Source: Patescibacteria group bacterium
Lineage (GTDB): Bacteria > Patescibacteriota > UBA1384 > UBA12157 > JAENIV01
DNA: 64,000 nucleotides
Reading direction: 5' to 3'
NCBI GenBank assembly: GCA_041666185.1
Contig: JBAYHL010000001.1
Coordinates: forward strand, 153,619 to 217,618
The notes beneath the pieces were generated by a model. It was not told the DNA's origin. It worked only from the letters and a program-made list of their open reading frames with translations, and searched no databases. This document shows positions 37,615-48,094 of this stretch, piece by piece; the stretch's first letter is position 1, and each line of letters starts with the position of its first letter. The position numbers were made by a program, and so were the translations under genes.

Positions 37615-39876
37615 TTGTCGCATAAAGAGTCTATTTTTGATATATTACATAGTAAGGAGTGGATTATCAAAAAGAATTTTTCTTATTTAATTTTTCCATC
37701 AATTATTCTATTTCTTTTAATTTACATGTCAATTACTGGTGGTATTGTTGGGTTTTCCAGTTCTTTATTAATCCTCGCTACTACCATAGTTTTTATATTT
37801 TTTGGCTGGCTAATTATTAGATTCTGGGCAAAACCAAAAAGAAAAATTACTAAATTTTTTAAATTCGTTTTATTAGGACTCTTGTGCATAATAATACTTT
37901 TCAATCTTATATATGGCGGCATCTATCTTTATCGCTTCTCATCTGATCACGGAAAAATAACTTCTGATGATAAATATTTAGTAATCATGGTTGCTGATGG
38001 AGCAAGTTTGATTCAGGCTAAAGAATTATTCATGAAAGGGTTGGACGACCAATCAAGCTACTTAACAAGCATTAATAAAGCTTTTCCAAATATTTCTAAA
38101 TATTTTATTCAAAATGGCTCTTTTACTGCTAACGGTGTATCTGTTTGGCCATCATCAAGTATTCCTGCCCATACTGGCATTGTTACTGGATCTTACCCAC
38201 GGAACACGGGCGTAATGGGACAACGTCAATTTGATCCAGTCGAAAGACGTCACACATCTTATATCGGTTTGGGAATACTTCAACACCAGGCAATTTTGTC
38301 AAAAAGTATTAAAACTTTATGTGAATATTTCCCCGAAGTAAGATCTGTTGATGTGTTGCAAATTGCCAACCGCGGCTGTTCTTTATATATCCCAGGTACA
38401 CCTCATGACGAACAAGTGATAAAAAGGACCGAACAGATTGTTAACGCAACCGATTATTTAAGTAAATATTCTAAAAAAGATGAAATTCCTAAAATTATTA
38501 TTATGACTTTACCAGACATCGATCACCAAACCCATAACAGTGCTTTAAATGACGAAAAATCTATCGATTTATATTTAAAAACAGACCAATACGTAGGTAA
38601 GATTTTTGAACTTTATAAAGAAAAGGGTATTTTTGACAAAACTCTTTTCGTTTTAGCTTCTGATCACGGTATGGGAGAAGTTAAAAACCACATTACGTTA
38701 GACAATATTGTTAACGACATGCGTTTTAATACTTTTAAATCACTTAAATGGTCTGTAATCCCAGCCTGGGGTAGCTTCGAAGCAAACTTTTATGTTGGCA
38801 CAAAAGCAAAATTTGATAATAATTATAATTCAGTTTCTCTTTGGGGAGGAAATAGTGACGGTCTCTTATATATTAAGGGTCAAGAAAAAGACAATTATGG
38901 GAAAATAATTAAAGAAAGTTGGGATATTAGAACCACTGACGAGATGTTGGAAAATTATAATGTTGGAGGCACAAATATCAATGTTATCGAAAAAATAATT
39001 GAATATTCACCAGGTATCGGATTGGTTTTAACCAATCCACAAGAAAATGTTTTCAATATCTATAGCAGCCTAGGACAAGGACAAATACTTGAAAGAAAAG
39101 ATGGAGACAAAATTGAATTTCAATATTCAGTCATCAAGGGAAATGATCCATTAGGATATACTAAAAATAATATTATTAACAATTTTATCAAAAGTAAATC
39201 TTGGCTTTCTGATCAAGAATGGCTTCAACTTACTTATCTCGAACATTATCCAGATGCCCTAAGACGAATTTCTTATTCCTTTGAAAATCAAAATTCAGCT
39301 ACTATGCACCTTGTAGCAGCTGATGGCTGGGATTTCACACCCTATTACGTAGCCAAGGATGTTTTGGTCGGAAGTCATGGAAGCCTTAACAGTCAACAAT
39401 CATTAGTCCCAATCATGTTTTACGGACCAGGTATAAAAAATAGTGAAATGCCTTACGCACGGACTGTTGATATTTTACCAACAATATTAAAATACTTCGA
39501 CATCTCCACAAGTGTCGATGGCAAACCTTTACCAATATTCTCTGATAAAAATAAAAATGAACAAACTATAGATTCTGGAATATCTTCGATACTAAATCCA
39601 AATATTCAAGATGATAAGTATTTTTACGCCTTAGAAGATATTTACGCTTCTTATGATAAAAGAATAATAAAAATCAATAAACAAAGTTCAGAAAAAGAAA
39701 TTGTTACTAATAGTATTAAAGAAAGTTTGCCGGAATTAAACGAAAAAGTTAATGTAACCTTAAGGCTTGATGGTATTGAAAATAATAATTTAATTTTAAA
39801 AAAGATATATGTTGCTGAAAATAAAGAAGGAAAAACGTATTTATTCAATATTAATGAAAGAAGGTTTTCAAAATGA
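37615..39876 (+). CDS. Alkaline phosphatase superfamily membrane enzyme (type I phosphodiesterase/nucleotide pyrophosphatase-like)
   Basis: Four or five N-terminal TM helices. Metal/nucleophile motifs (VADGAS, GIVTGSYPRNTGVMG, DIDHQTH, LASDHGMG). Extra ~190 aa C-terminal domain. Confidence 0.75.
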   Translation: MSHKESIFDILHSKEWIIKKNFSYLIFPSIILFLLIYMSITGGIVGFSSSLLILATTIVFIFFGWLIIRFWAKPKRKITKFFKFVLLGLLCIIILFNLIYGGIYLYRFSSDHGKITSDDKYLVIMVADGASLIQAKELFMKGLDDQSSYLTSINKAFPNISKYFIQNGSFTANGVSVWPSSSIPAHTGIVTGSYPRNTGVMGQRQFDPVERRHTSYIGLGILQHQAILSKSIKTLCEYFPEVRSVDVLQIANRGCSLYIPGTPHDEQVIKRTEQIVNATDYLSKYSKKDEIPKIIIMTLPDIDHQTHNSALNDEKSIDLYLKTDQYVGKIFELYKEKGIFDKTLFVLASDHGMGEVKNHITLDNIVNDMRFNTFKSLKWSVIPAWGSFEANFYVGTKAKFDNNYNSVSLWGGNSDGLLYIKGQEKDNYGKIIKESWDIRTTDEMLENYNVGGTNINVIEKIIEYSPGIGLVLTNPQENVFNIYSSLGQGQILERKDGDKIEFQYSVIKGNDPLGYTKNNIINNFIKSKSWLSDQEWLQLTYLEHYPDALRRISYSFENQNSATMHLVAADGWDFTPYYVAKDVLVGSHGSLNSQQSLVPIMFYGPGIKNSEMPYARTVDILPTILKYFDISTSVDGKPLPIFSDKNKNEQTIDSGISSILNPNIQDDKYFYALEDIYASYDKRIIKINKQSSEKEIVTNSIKESLPELNEKVNVTLRLDGIENNNLILKKIYVAENKEGKTYLFNINERRFSK

Positions 39877-40982
39877 AAAAAATATTAATCGTGTCATTGA
39901 AAGCTGGGGCTGGGCATCTGAAAGCTGCTCAGGCTATTGAAAAGGCAATAAAATTGCAATGTTCTGATTTAGAGGTTAAAAATATCGATCTTTTAGACTA
40001 TGCCAGTATTCTATCAAAAGAATTTTACGGTAATTGGTATTTAGACATCGCTAACAAGGTTCCTGAATTTTACGCTTGGCTTTATAACAAACTCGATTCA
40101 TCATCAACAAGAGTTAGACTTCTTTCTGATAGAATGAATACACAAAAATTTCAAAAATTTGTCGGAGACTATAACCCAGATTTAGTCATCTGTACACACT
40201 TCGTACCAGCAAACTTACTAACTTTTTGGAGAAAACAATATCAACTAAAATTTAAAATAGTCTTGACTTTAACAGATTACGAAGCTCATAAACTTTGGGT
40301 TGATAATCAAGTTGATATGTACACAGTAGCTACAGAGTACGTTGAAGAACAGTTTGTAGAGTTTGGTGCCGATAAAAACAAAATTAAAGTAACAGGAATT
40401 CCTATTGATATTAAATTTTTAAGTAAAATTGAGAAAGAAGAAGTTAGAAAAAAATTAGGACTTGAAAATAAATTTACAATATCGATATTTGCTGGAGCAT
40501 TTGGTGTTGGATCTTTACAAGAAATATTTGCCAAAATTACTAAAATAGAAAACGATTTCCAAATAATTGCTATTGCCGGCAAAAACAAACAACTTTATAA
40601 AGAATTTCAAAATCTTGCTCAAAAATCAACTAAAAAAATTATGATCCGTGGATTTGCTGATAATATGGAAGAAATAATGGCTGCTAGCGATGTCGCTGTC
40701 TCAAAAGCAGGTGGTTTAACAGTCTCTGAGTGTTTGGCTACTAATTTACCATTAATAATCACGCACCCCTTCCCAGGTCAAGAAGAAGCAAATACCCGCT
40801 ACTTACTTAATAATCAAGCAGCATTTGTGGCTGATAAGCCAGGAGAGGTAATTAATATTTTTGAAAAAGTTTTAAAAAATCCAGTCACATTAAAACAAAT
40901 GAAACAGAATATCGAAAAAATATCCAAACCAAACGCAGCCTTAGATATTGTAAAATTAATAAAAAAATTTATAGAACCATAA
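39873..40982 (+). CDS. MGDG-synthase/UgtP-like diacylglycerol glycosyltransferase (GT28)
   Basis: N-terminal MGDG_synth-like region (KAGAGH) plus a GT28 C-terminal domain. Overlaps the upstream gene by 4 nt. Confidence 0.8.
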   Translation: MKKILIVSLKAGAGHLKAAQAIEKAIKLQCSDLEVKNIDLLDYASILSKEFYGNWYLDIANKVPEFYAWLYNKLDSSSTRVRLLSDRMNTQKFQKFVGDYNPDLVICTHFVPANLLTFWRKQYQLKFKIVLTLTDYEAHKLWVDNQVDMYTVATEYVEEQFVEFGADKNKIKVTGIPIDIKFLSKIEKEEVRKKLGLENKFTISIFAGAFGVGSLQEIFAKITKIENDFQIIAIAGKNKQLYKEFQNLAQKSTKKIMIRGFADNMEEIMAASDVAVSKAGGLTVSECLATNLPLIITHPFPGQEEANTRYLLNNQAAFVADKPGEVINIFEKVLKNPVTLKQMKQNIEKISKPNAALDIVKLIKKFIEP

Positions 40983-41007
40983 ATTTATATAATATTTTAT
41001 ATTAAAA

Positions 41008-41886
41008 TTATTTTTTCAAAAATTTTTCGATTAATTTTTCCGCCTCTTCGTACTCTCGAACCCATTTAATATCTTTATTCTTCCCAAACCAAGTCTCTTG
41101 TCGACGAATATAAGCATGCGTGTTAGTCTTTATTTTTGCAATCGCTTCTTTTAATTCTATTCTGCCTTGCAAATAATCAATAATTTCTTTATATCCAATT
41201 GTGTTAAGTGTAGATAAATCAGGGCGATATTTTTTTAGAAGTTCTCTTACTTCTTCAACTAATCCATCTTTGATCATCTGGTCAATTCGCGCGTCAACTT
41301 TCGAGTACAGTGCTTCCCGATTAGTTTCAATGCCAACAATTAAAGTTTCAAATGATGGTTTTTTCTTTTTCTGCAATTTACTAAACGGCGTTTGAGCAAG
41401 AATCGAAACCTCTAAAGCACGAATTAGGCGACGCTTATTTTTTGAATCAATTGTTTTCGCTGTCTTTGGATCAAGTTCTTGTAATTTTTGATATAATTCA
41501 CTCTCTTTTAATTTTTCTAATTTTTCTCGTAACTTTAAGCTCTCTTCTTGCAAATTAGGAATCACGTAACCATATAAAACTGCATATAAGTAAAGACCGG
41601 TGCCACCAACTAAAACTGGTAAAGATTTCATATTTAAATATTGTTCAATTAAATCATTAGCTAGACGTTGATAATCCCAAACCGTAAAATGTTGGATTGG
41701 TGAAATTATGTCAATTAAATCTTGACGAAAACTTTTATCTTTACCAGTTCCAATATCAAGACCTTTATAAATTTGCCGAGAATCAGCAGAAATTATTTTC
41801 GCATTAAATTTCTTAGCAATTTTTTTTGCCCAAACGGTTTTGCCAGAACCAGTTGGTCCAACAATAGCAATAACTTTTTTATTCAT
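41008..41886 (-). CDS. miaA: tRNA dimethylallyltransferase MiaA
   Basis: P-loop (GPTGSGKT), SADSRQIYKG, and DIGTGK motifs. Confidence 0.93.
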   Translation of the reverse strand: MNKKVIAIVGPTGSGKTVWAKKIAKKFNAKIISADSRQIYKGLDIGTGKDKSFRQDLIDIISPIQHFTVWDYQRLANDLIEQYLNMKSLPVLVGGTGLYLYAVLYGYVIPNLQEESLKLREKLEKLKESELYQKLQELDPKTAKTIDSKNKRRLIRALEVSILAQTPFSKLQKKKKPSFETLIVGIETNREALYSKVDARIDQMIKDGLVEEVRELLKKYRPDLSTLNTIGYKEIIDYLQGRIELKEAIAKIKTNTHAYIRRQETWFGKNKDIKWVREYEEAEKLIEKFLKK

Positions 41887-41887
41887 T

Positions 41888-44428
41888 TTATTTTAAAATT
41901 TTTCTTTTTATAAATTTATACGTCTCTTCAACAACTAGCAAGATTATACCAACCAAAATGATTCTTGGCCAGACAATGATTGGTAAATAACTGGTTCCAA
42001 GATAATGTTGAAAGAATCCACAATATGTCATTAACACAATCAGGATTAATGAAGAACAAACTGAAAAAATTAAATACAAATTTTTCCAAAATGGATAATA
42101 AAAGATTGAGACATTGGGGCAACGTGATAAAAATATATTAAAAGCTTGGCAAATGACCAATGTTGCTAAAGACGCCGTTGTTGCTGCTGCATAACTACCA
42201 GTTAGTTTATTTGTAAACGAAAAAGACCAAACCGCGCCAATACCCATTACTAAACCAATCAACACTAAACGCAAAAACGAATCACCGGTCAAAAGTTGGG
42301 TTTCTTTAGAACGAGGCTTTGTTTGCATAACATTCCCCTCTGCAGGTTCGGCAATAAGAGCCATTGAAGGAAGTATATCGGTACCCAAATCAACACTTAA
42401 AATCTGAATGGCAGTAATTGGCAAAGGTAACCCAAACAAGATTCCTACAACAACAGTTGAAAGTTCACCAAAATTTGAAGAAAAAATATAAAATAAAAAT
42501 TTTTTAATATTGTCAAAAATCATTCGACCCTCTTTAACTGCCTGAACAATAGTCGCAAAATTGTCATCAATTAAAATCATGTCAGCCGCTTCTCTTGAAA
42601 CATCCGTGCCAATTTTACCCATAGCAATACCGATATCAGCTCGTTTTAATGCTGGCGCATCATTAACGCCATCGCCAGTAACAGCAACAATTTCTCCCAT
42701 TTTCATTAAATTATCAACTATTCGATATTTTTGTTCTGGCAAGATTCTGGCAAAAATTGTTTTTTCACGTAAAATACTACGAAGCTCGATATCAGACATT
42801 TTCTCTAAAACAGTACCTTCTACCACTTCGTTATCAAAATTATCTTTTTTAATAATTCCTACCATTTGGCCAATAGATCTAGCCGTAACGGCATTATCAC
42901 CAGTAACCATTAAAACTTTAATACCACCTTCTTGGCATTGTTGAATTGCCTGAGCAACTTCTGGCCGCGGAGGATCAAAAATTGCTACTAATCCTAAAAA
43001 AGTTTTATTGTACGCCAACCCCAAAACTCTAAAACCTTGTAAAGCAAGTTCCTTAAACTTTTTTAAAATTTTTTCTTTTTCTTGTTCGCTTAACTGACAT
43101 TTTTTTATTATTATTTCCGGTGCTCCCTTTAAAAGTTCGAAATTTTTCTCACCATCAAAAAAATTTACACTCATAAATCTTCTTTTTGCATTAAAAGGAG
43201 TTTCCGTCACTTTGTGATATTTTTTTCTTAAATCTTCAATATCAACTTTATTTTTTGCCCAATCTAGTAACGCTATTTCCGTTTGGTCGCCAAATTCACC
43301 ATGTAAGTTGATTTGAGCATTATTACACAAAACACATACTTCGTTAATTAATCTTTCCTTTTCTCGACTATCAATTTTTAAATCTAAATCAGACCAGACT
43401 TCCCTTACTTTCATTTGACCAGTTGTGATTGTGCCTGTTTTATCAGAACAAATTATTGTTACCGAACCTAAAGTTTCCACTGAAACCAAATTTCTTACCA
43501 ATGCTTTACGATCAGCTAAATCTTTTGCGCCTAAAGACAAGGCAACCGAGATTGTTGCCGGCAATCCTTCTGGGACTAAAGCAGCCGCTACTGCTACCGA
43601 AAAAATTAAAGCATCAAGTATATCGTGACCAACAAAATATTTGTAAATAATTAGCCCGATCATTACAAACACAGCAATCAGGGCTATTTTTTTAGCCATC
43701 TTTCGTGTTTTATCTTGTAGCGGCGAAAGGGTTTTGTCGATTTCGGTTGTTTTTTTAGCAATTTGGCCAAATTCTGTTTTCATTCCAGTACCAGTAACAA
43801 CCCCTATTCCTTCGCCAGATGCAATAACTGTCCCCATAAAAAGGCAATTTTCCACTTCAATCAAAGATAAATGATCATCTAAATAATCTCTGACCATTTT
43901 ATTTTGAGGATTTGCTTCACCTGTTAGTGCTTGATCATTAGTTCTTAAATCATACGATTCGATTAAACGAATATCAGCCGGAACTTTATCACCTTCGCCA
44001 ATCATCACAATATCACCAGGCACAAGATAAGAAGAGGGAATTTGTAAATCTTGATTATCACGCTTAACTTTTACGTAAGACGGAAGAAATTCTGTTAAAG
44101 CCCGTAAAATTTTCTCGGCCTTGAATTCTTGCGTAAAACCAATCAAAGCGTTAAGCAGAACAATCATTGAAATTGCTACGCCGTTGCGAGTATCTCCTAA
44201 AACAAAAGAAAGCAAAGCCGCAAAAATAAGTAAGAGTACTAACAAATCCGCTAGTTGATCAAAAAATATTTGAAAATAGGGAAGTGGTGTTTTCCTAAGT
44301 AGAGTATTGCTACCAAATTTTAAAATTCTTTTCTGGGCCTCGAAAGCACTTAAACCAGTTTTTTCTGCTTCCAGGTTCTTCAATATCTTTTCAGCTGTCC
44401 CCTGCCAAGGCTTTAGAACCGTCTCCAC
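41888..44428 (-). CDS. P-type cation-transporting ATPase (type II, Ca2+/Mg2+-like)
   Basis: DKTGTIT phosphorylation site, TGDGVNDAPAL, and 8-10 TM helices. Confidence 0.9.
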   Translation of the reverse strand: METVLKPWQGTAEKILKNLEAEKTGLSAFEAQKRILKFGSNTLLRKTPLPYFQIFFDQLADLLVLLLIFAALLSFVLGDTRNGVAISMIVLLNALIGFTQEFKAEKILRALTEFLPSYVKVKRDNQDLQIPSSYLVPGDIVMIGEGDKVPADIRLIESYDLRTNDQALTGEANPQNKMVRDYLDDHLSLIEVENCLFMGTVIASGEGIGVVTGTGMKTEFGQIAKKTTEIDKTLSPLQDKTRKMAKKIALIAVFVMIGLIIYKYFVGHDILDALIFSVAVAAALVPEGLPATISVALSLGAKDLADRKALVRNLVSVETLGSVTIICSDKTGTITTGQMKVREVWSDLDLKIDSREKERLINEVCVLCNNAQINLHGEFGDQTEIALLDWAKNKVDIEDLRKKYHKVTETPFNAKRRFMSVNFFDGEKNFELLKGAPEIIIKKCQLSEQEKEKILKKFKELALQGFRVLGLAYNKTFLGLVAIFDPPRPEVAQAIQQCQEGGIKVLMVTGDNAVTARSIGQMVGIIKKDNFDNEVVEGTVLEKMSDIELRSILREKTIFARILPEQKYRIVDNLMKMGEIVAVTGDGVNDAPALKRADIGIAMGKIGTDVSREAADMILIDDNFATIVQAVKEGRMIFDNIKKFLFYIFSSNFGELSTVVVGILFGLPLPITAIQILSVDLGTDILPSMALIAEPAEGNVMQTKPRSKETQLLTGDSFLRLVLIGLVMGIGAVWSFSFTNKLTGSYAAATTASLATLVICQAFNIFLSRCPNVSIFYYPFWKNLYLIFSVCSSLILIVLMTYCGFFQHYLGTSYLPIIVWPRIILVGIILLVVEETYKFIKRKILK

Positions 44429-44575
44429 TCTCCTCCTTTTGAGAACCTTCGTGTTTGTTCTTGATGATTTCTTGCAAACGAAAAACTGAACGACCAGATT
44501 TTTTTTGCTCTTTTTTATATTTTTCTTTTTTCTTTAGATCTTCTTCAATTCTATCTAAATCATTTTCCATAATTT

Positions 44576-44661
44576 TGGTGCCCGGGAGAGGACTTGAACC
44601 TCCACGCCCTTTCGGACATTAGCTCCTAAAGCTAACGTGTATACCATTTCACCACCCGGGC
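44576..44661 (-). tRNA. tRNA-Leu (anticodon UAG), type II, CCA encoded
   Basis: Hand-folded: GCCCGGG acceptor, anticodon stem UUAGC/GCUAA, loop UUUAGGA. Confidence 0.8.
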
Positions 44662-45090
44662 TCATTCCCCCACTGTTATCAAATCTTTTAGCTGCTCAAA
44701 ACTTTTATCGCCTATTCCTTTAATATTTTTTAATTCTTCAATTGTCTTAAAACCACCATTTTCTTCACGATAAGAAATTATATCGGTTGCACGAGCCGGC
44801 CCAATGCTAGGTAATGAATCCAGTTTTTCAGCAGTAGCTGTGTTTATGTTAATTTTATCACTTTGATTGTCAGACGCTATAGTCACACCAGCAACCATTT
44901 GAGATTGTTGGCTTAATTGTCCGCGCAATAATTCATTTTGATTTTTAAGCTCAGCAATTTCTCGATTTTCTTGCACAACTTTCTCACCTTTAGCCTTATC
45001 CCACCAAATAATACTTATCCCACCTAAAATTAAAACTAAAAGAACTATACTAATTAGCCACCGATTACGATAAAGAAAATCGTCAAACAT
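44662..45090 (-). CDS. comEA: ComEA-like DNA-binding competence protein (tandem helix-hairpin-helix)
   Basis: N-terminal TM. C-terminal HhH pair (NINTATAEKLDSLPSIGPARATDII...GIGDKSFEQL). Confidence 0.85.
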   Translation of the reverse strand: MFDDFLYRNRWLISIVLLVLILGGISIIWWDKAKGEKVVQENREIAELKNQNELLRGQLSQQSQMVAGVTIASDNQSDKININTATAEKLDSLPSIGPARATDIISYREENGGFKTIEELKNIKGIGDKSFEQLKDLITVGE

Positions 45091-45099
45091 GATAATAAT

Positions 45100-47136
45100 T
45101 TATTCCAAATGTCTTTCCATTTCGAATTCAGCTAATTTCTCTTTTAATTTCGGATATTTTTCAATGTCTTCTGCAACAATTTTTTCCGCGGACGACCTTA
45201 CCTTCTTGATTAAAATTGTATCTGAAAGTGAGGCCATTTTCAAGTCGGGAAGACCAGATTGCCGAATACCCGCCAATTCACCTGGTCCACGCATTTGCAA
45301 ATCAATTTCTGCTAATTCAAAACCGTTATGGCACTGCTCCATTGCACTAAGACGTTTTTTAGCAATTTCTGACCAACTTTCAGAAAACAAAAAACAATAA
45401 GATTGAAATTTACTTCTACCAACCCGACCACGAAACTGATGGAGTTGAGCCAAACCAAATCTTTCTGCACTTTCAATCATCATAACTGTCGCATTAGGTA
45501 CATCAATGCCAACTTCCACCACAGCTGTTGAAACTAAAATATCTAATTTTTTATCATGAAACTTTTTCATTATTTCATCTTTTTCTTTCGACTTTAGCTT
45601 GCCATGCAAAAGACCAATTTTAAATTCTGGAAAAATATTTTCGGAAAGTTTTTTATGCTCTTCAATGACTGATTTTCTATCAGTTTCAAATAAATTTATT
45701 CTATTAGAATCTTTAGTTTCAATGATTGGACAAACAACAAAAGCTTGGTAGCCTTTTCTAATTTGGTCGTGGATAAAATCATAAGCTTTTTGACGATCTT
45801 TTGGCTCAACAACCTTTGTAATAACTTTTTTTCGCCCCGTTGGCATTTGAGAAATTATTGATAAATCCAAATCGCCGTACAGGCAAAGAGCTAAAGTTCT
45901 AGGAATAGGGGTGGCTGTCATCGAGAGAAGGTGGGGAATCAATTTGCCTTTTCGAAGGTGTGCCCGTTGTTTGACCCCAAAGCGATGCTGTTCATCAACA
46001 ATAATTAAAGCCAGATTTGGAACTTGAACGTTTTTTTGTAATAAAGCATGAGTGCCAATTACTAAGTCGTCTTTTTCTAAGTTAGCTATTTTATTAGCGG
46101 CTGTCATCAAACCGACTTTTATCTTATAAGGTACGAGTAATTTTGAAACATTTTTGTAATGTTGGTTGGCTAAAATTTCCGTCGGGGCAAGCCAAACAGA
46201 TTGATATTTATTTTTCGCGGCTACCATTGCCGCCATAGCGGCTACAACCGTTTTGCCAGAACCAACATCACCTTCAAGCAAACGATTCATTGGCCTATTT
46301 TTACCTAAATCTTTAATAATTTCCCAAGCAGATTTTCTCTGAGCATCAGTTAGCCTAAACGGCAATTTTTTAACAAAATCTTTTAATAATTTTTCATCAA
46401 AAAGTAGAGCAGTCGCTTTACTTTTTGACAGTTCTTTTTTATTAACAAGCATTCTTAAAGCAATCAGGAATAGTTCATCAAAACCAAGTCTTTTTTTAGC
46501 GGTTTCAACATCGGAAGTTTTTTTTGGAAAATGAATTTTATTAATCGCTTCACTTAAACCAACTAAATTTTCTTGTTTTAATATTTTTTCAGGTAGGTAT
46601 TCTTCAATTGATTCCACTGACACCTCGGAGGTGTCAGTGGTTAAAATAGATTTAACTAATTTTCGTAAATATTTACTCGTTACTCCTTCTGTTTCACTAT
46701 AAACTGGTAAAATAATTGGTTCTTTTTCATACTGTGAAATATTTAAAGTTTTCTTTCTATTTTTAAAATCCCAATTAACTTTACCGGAAAATAACCATTC
46801 GTCTCCGGGTTTTAAAATTTTTATTAAAAAAGGTTGGTTAAACCAAACAGCCTTGATACTGCCAGAATCATCAACCAATTCTGCCTCAATAATACTCAAC
46901 CAACGTTTGCTAGTATATGATTGTTTTATTTGAAATATTTTCGCTTTGATGATTACATTTTCACCAATTCGCAAACTCCTAATTGGGATTGGCGCAGAAA
47001 AATTGTCATAACGCCAAGGATAATAAAAAAGAAGGTCACGGACAGTTTCTATCCCTAACCTCTTTAACTTTTCGACCATCTTTGGTCCTACACCGGAAAG
47101 ATCTTGGATTGGCGATTCGAGATTAGTCATCAACAA
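45100..47136 (-). CDS. recG: ATP-dependent DNA helicase RecG
   Basis: Wedge domain, Walker A (GDVGSGKT), DEQH box, and helicase C-terminal motifs. Confidence 0.93.
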   Translation of the reverse strand: MLMTNLESPIQDLSGVGPKMVEKLKRLGIETVRDLLFYYPWRYDNFSAPIPIRSLRIGENVIIKAKIFQIKQSYTSKRWLSIIEAELVDDSGSIKAVWFNQPFLIKILKPGDEWLFSGKVNWDFKNRKKTLNISQYEKEPIILPVYSETEGVTSKYLRKLVKSILTTDTSEVSVESIEEYLPEKILKQENLVGLSEAINKIHFPKKTSDVETAKKRLGFDELFLIALRMLVNKKELSKSKATALLFDEKLLKDFVKKLPFRLTDAQRKSAWEIIKDLGKNRPMNRLLEGDVGSGKTVVAAMAAMVAAKNKYQSVWLAPTEILANQHYKNVSKLLVPYKIKVGLMTAANKIANLEKDDLVIGTHALLQKNVQVPNLALIIVDEQHRFGVKQRAHLRKGKLIPHLLSMTATPIPRTLALCLYGDLDLSIISQMPTGRKKVITKVVEPKDRQKAYDFIHDQIRKGYQAFVVCPIIETKDSNRINLFETDRKSVIEEHKKLSENIFPEFKIGLLHGKLKSKEKDEIMKKFHDKKLDILVSTAVVEVGIDVPNATVMMIESAERFGLAQLHQFRGRVGRSKFQSYCFLFSESWSEIAKKRLSAMEQCHNGFELAEIDLQMRGPGELAGIRQSGLPDLKMASLSDTILIKKVRSSAEKIVAEDIEKYPKLKEKLAEFEMERHLE

Positions 47137-48094
47137 CCTTTATGCCAATTTTATTGAAACTTTTTTTCATTTTATTGTAAACCTCTGGTATAAACTGACT
47201 ATTATCTTCTCTCCCTTTACCCTGAGAAAAACAAAAAGTAACCAAAATTCTTAAATGCAACATTGCTGTATAGAGATCGAATTTCTCTCTATTAAAATCA
47301 CCATATCCAGCCAAAAACTCTTTTTTTAAATTTTCGAAAGTAGCAATATCTCCATATCTTTTTAACATAATTTCTAATTGATTTATAAAACTGGCAACAT
47401 CATATTCCCGATCCAAAAGGCAAACTGTTCCAAAATCTAAAATAAAAATTTTATGATCAAAGAAAATTAAATTAGCCGGCTGATAATCTCCATGGCAGAT
47501 GTCATCAGATTTTTGTTGGTAGATTTTTTCTTTCAATGGCGCGACAATTTCGTTAAGAGATTTTGCTAAATTTGGATAAAATTTAAATAAAGCCCAGCCT
47601 TCAAAATCCTTATAATTCAAGAAATTACCAGCATCCCACAATTCAAAATCTGGTTTAGGTAAAGTATGAAACTTTTTTAACGCTTTAGCAGCAAAACGGA
47701 TTTTTTTATCTAAAAGGTCTTTATTTTTCAAATCAAATATCAAGGTTTCGCCCGGTAGACTCTCGTAAAAAAATAAATTATACTCCTTAAAAAAAGCCAA
47801 CGGTTTAGGGACTAAAATTTCATCATTGTTAAACCCATGATTATAGATAAAAGATAATATTTTAAATTCTTTTTCTTTTGGAAGATCTAAAGAAGCAGAA
47901 GCACGGATGTCTTTTACTTGATCACCAACTTTTATTTTGTAAAATACATTATAAGCACGATTGTTATAAGTATAAGCACGTTCTAATTCCAAAACCTCTA
48001 AAAAAGAATCTTCCCCAAAAAGATCTTTTACGTTAGTTGATAAAAATGACTGGATGTCACTTTTATTTAATAAAAATTCTAAGTCTTTATTCAT
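47123..48094 (-). CDS. APH/choline-kinase fold phosphotransferase (candidate sugar kinase)
   Basis: Brenner motif (HGDYQPANLIF) and LDFG. Eukaryotic-like kinase fold. Confidence 0.7.
   Translation of the reverse strand: MNKDLEFLLNKSDIQSFLSTNVKDLFGEDSFLEVLELERAYTYNNRAYNVFYKIKVGDQVKDIRASASLDLPKEKEFKILSFIYNHGFNNDEILVPKPLAFFKEYNLFFYESLPGETLIFDLKNKDLLDKKIRFAAKALKKFHTLPKPDFELWDAGNFLNYKDFEGWALFKFYPNLAKSLNEIVAPLKEKIYQQKSDDICHGDYQPANLIFFDHKIFILDFGTVCLLDREYDVASFINQLEIMLKRYGDIATFENLKKEFLAGYGDFNREKFDLYTAMLHLRILVTFCFSQGKGREDNSQFIPEVYNKMKKSFNKIGIKVVDD

Noticed and set aside
44396-44570. Small 58-aa Lys/Glu-rich ORF (MENDLDRIEEDLKKKEKYKK...) between tRNA-Leu(UAG) and the P-type ATPase start
   Set aside because: It overlaps the well-supported N-terminus of the ATPase in another frame. 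Its composition is low-complexity, and AT-rich spacers generate such ORFs readily.
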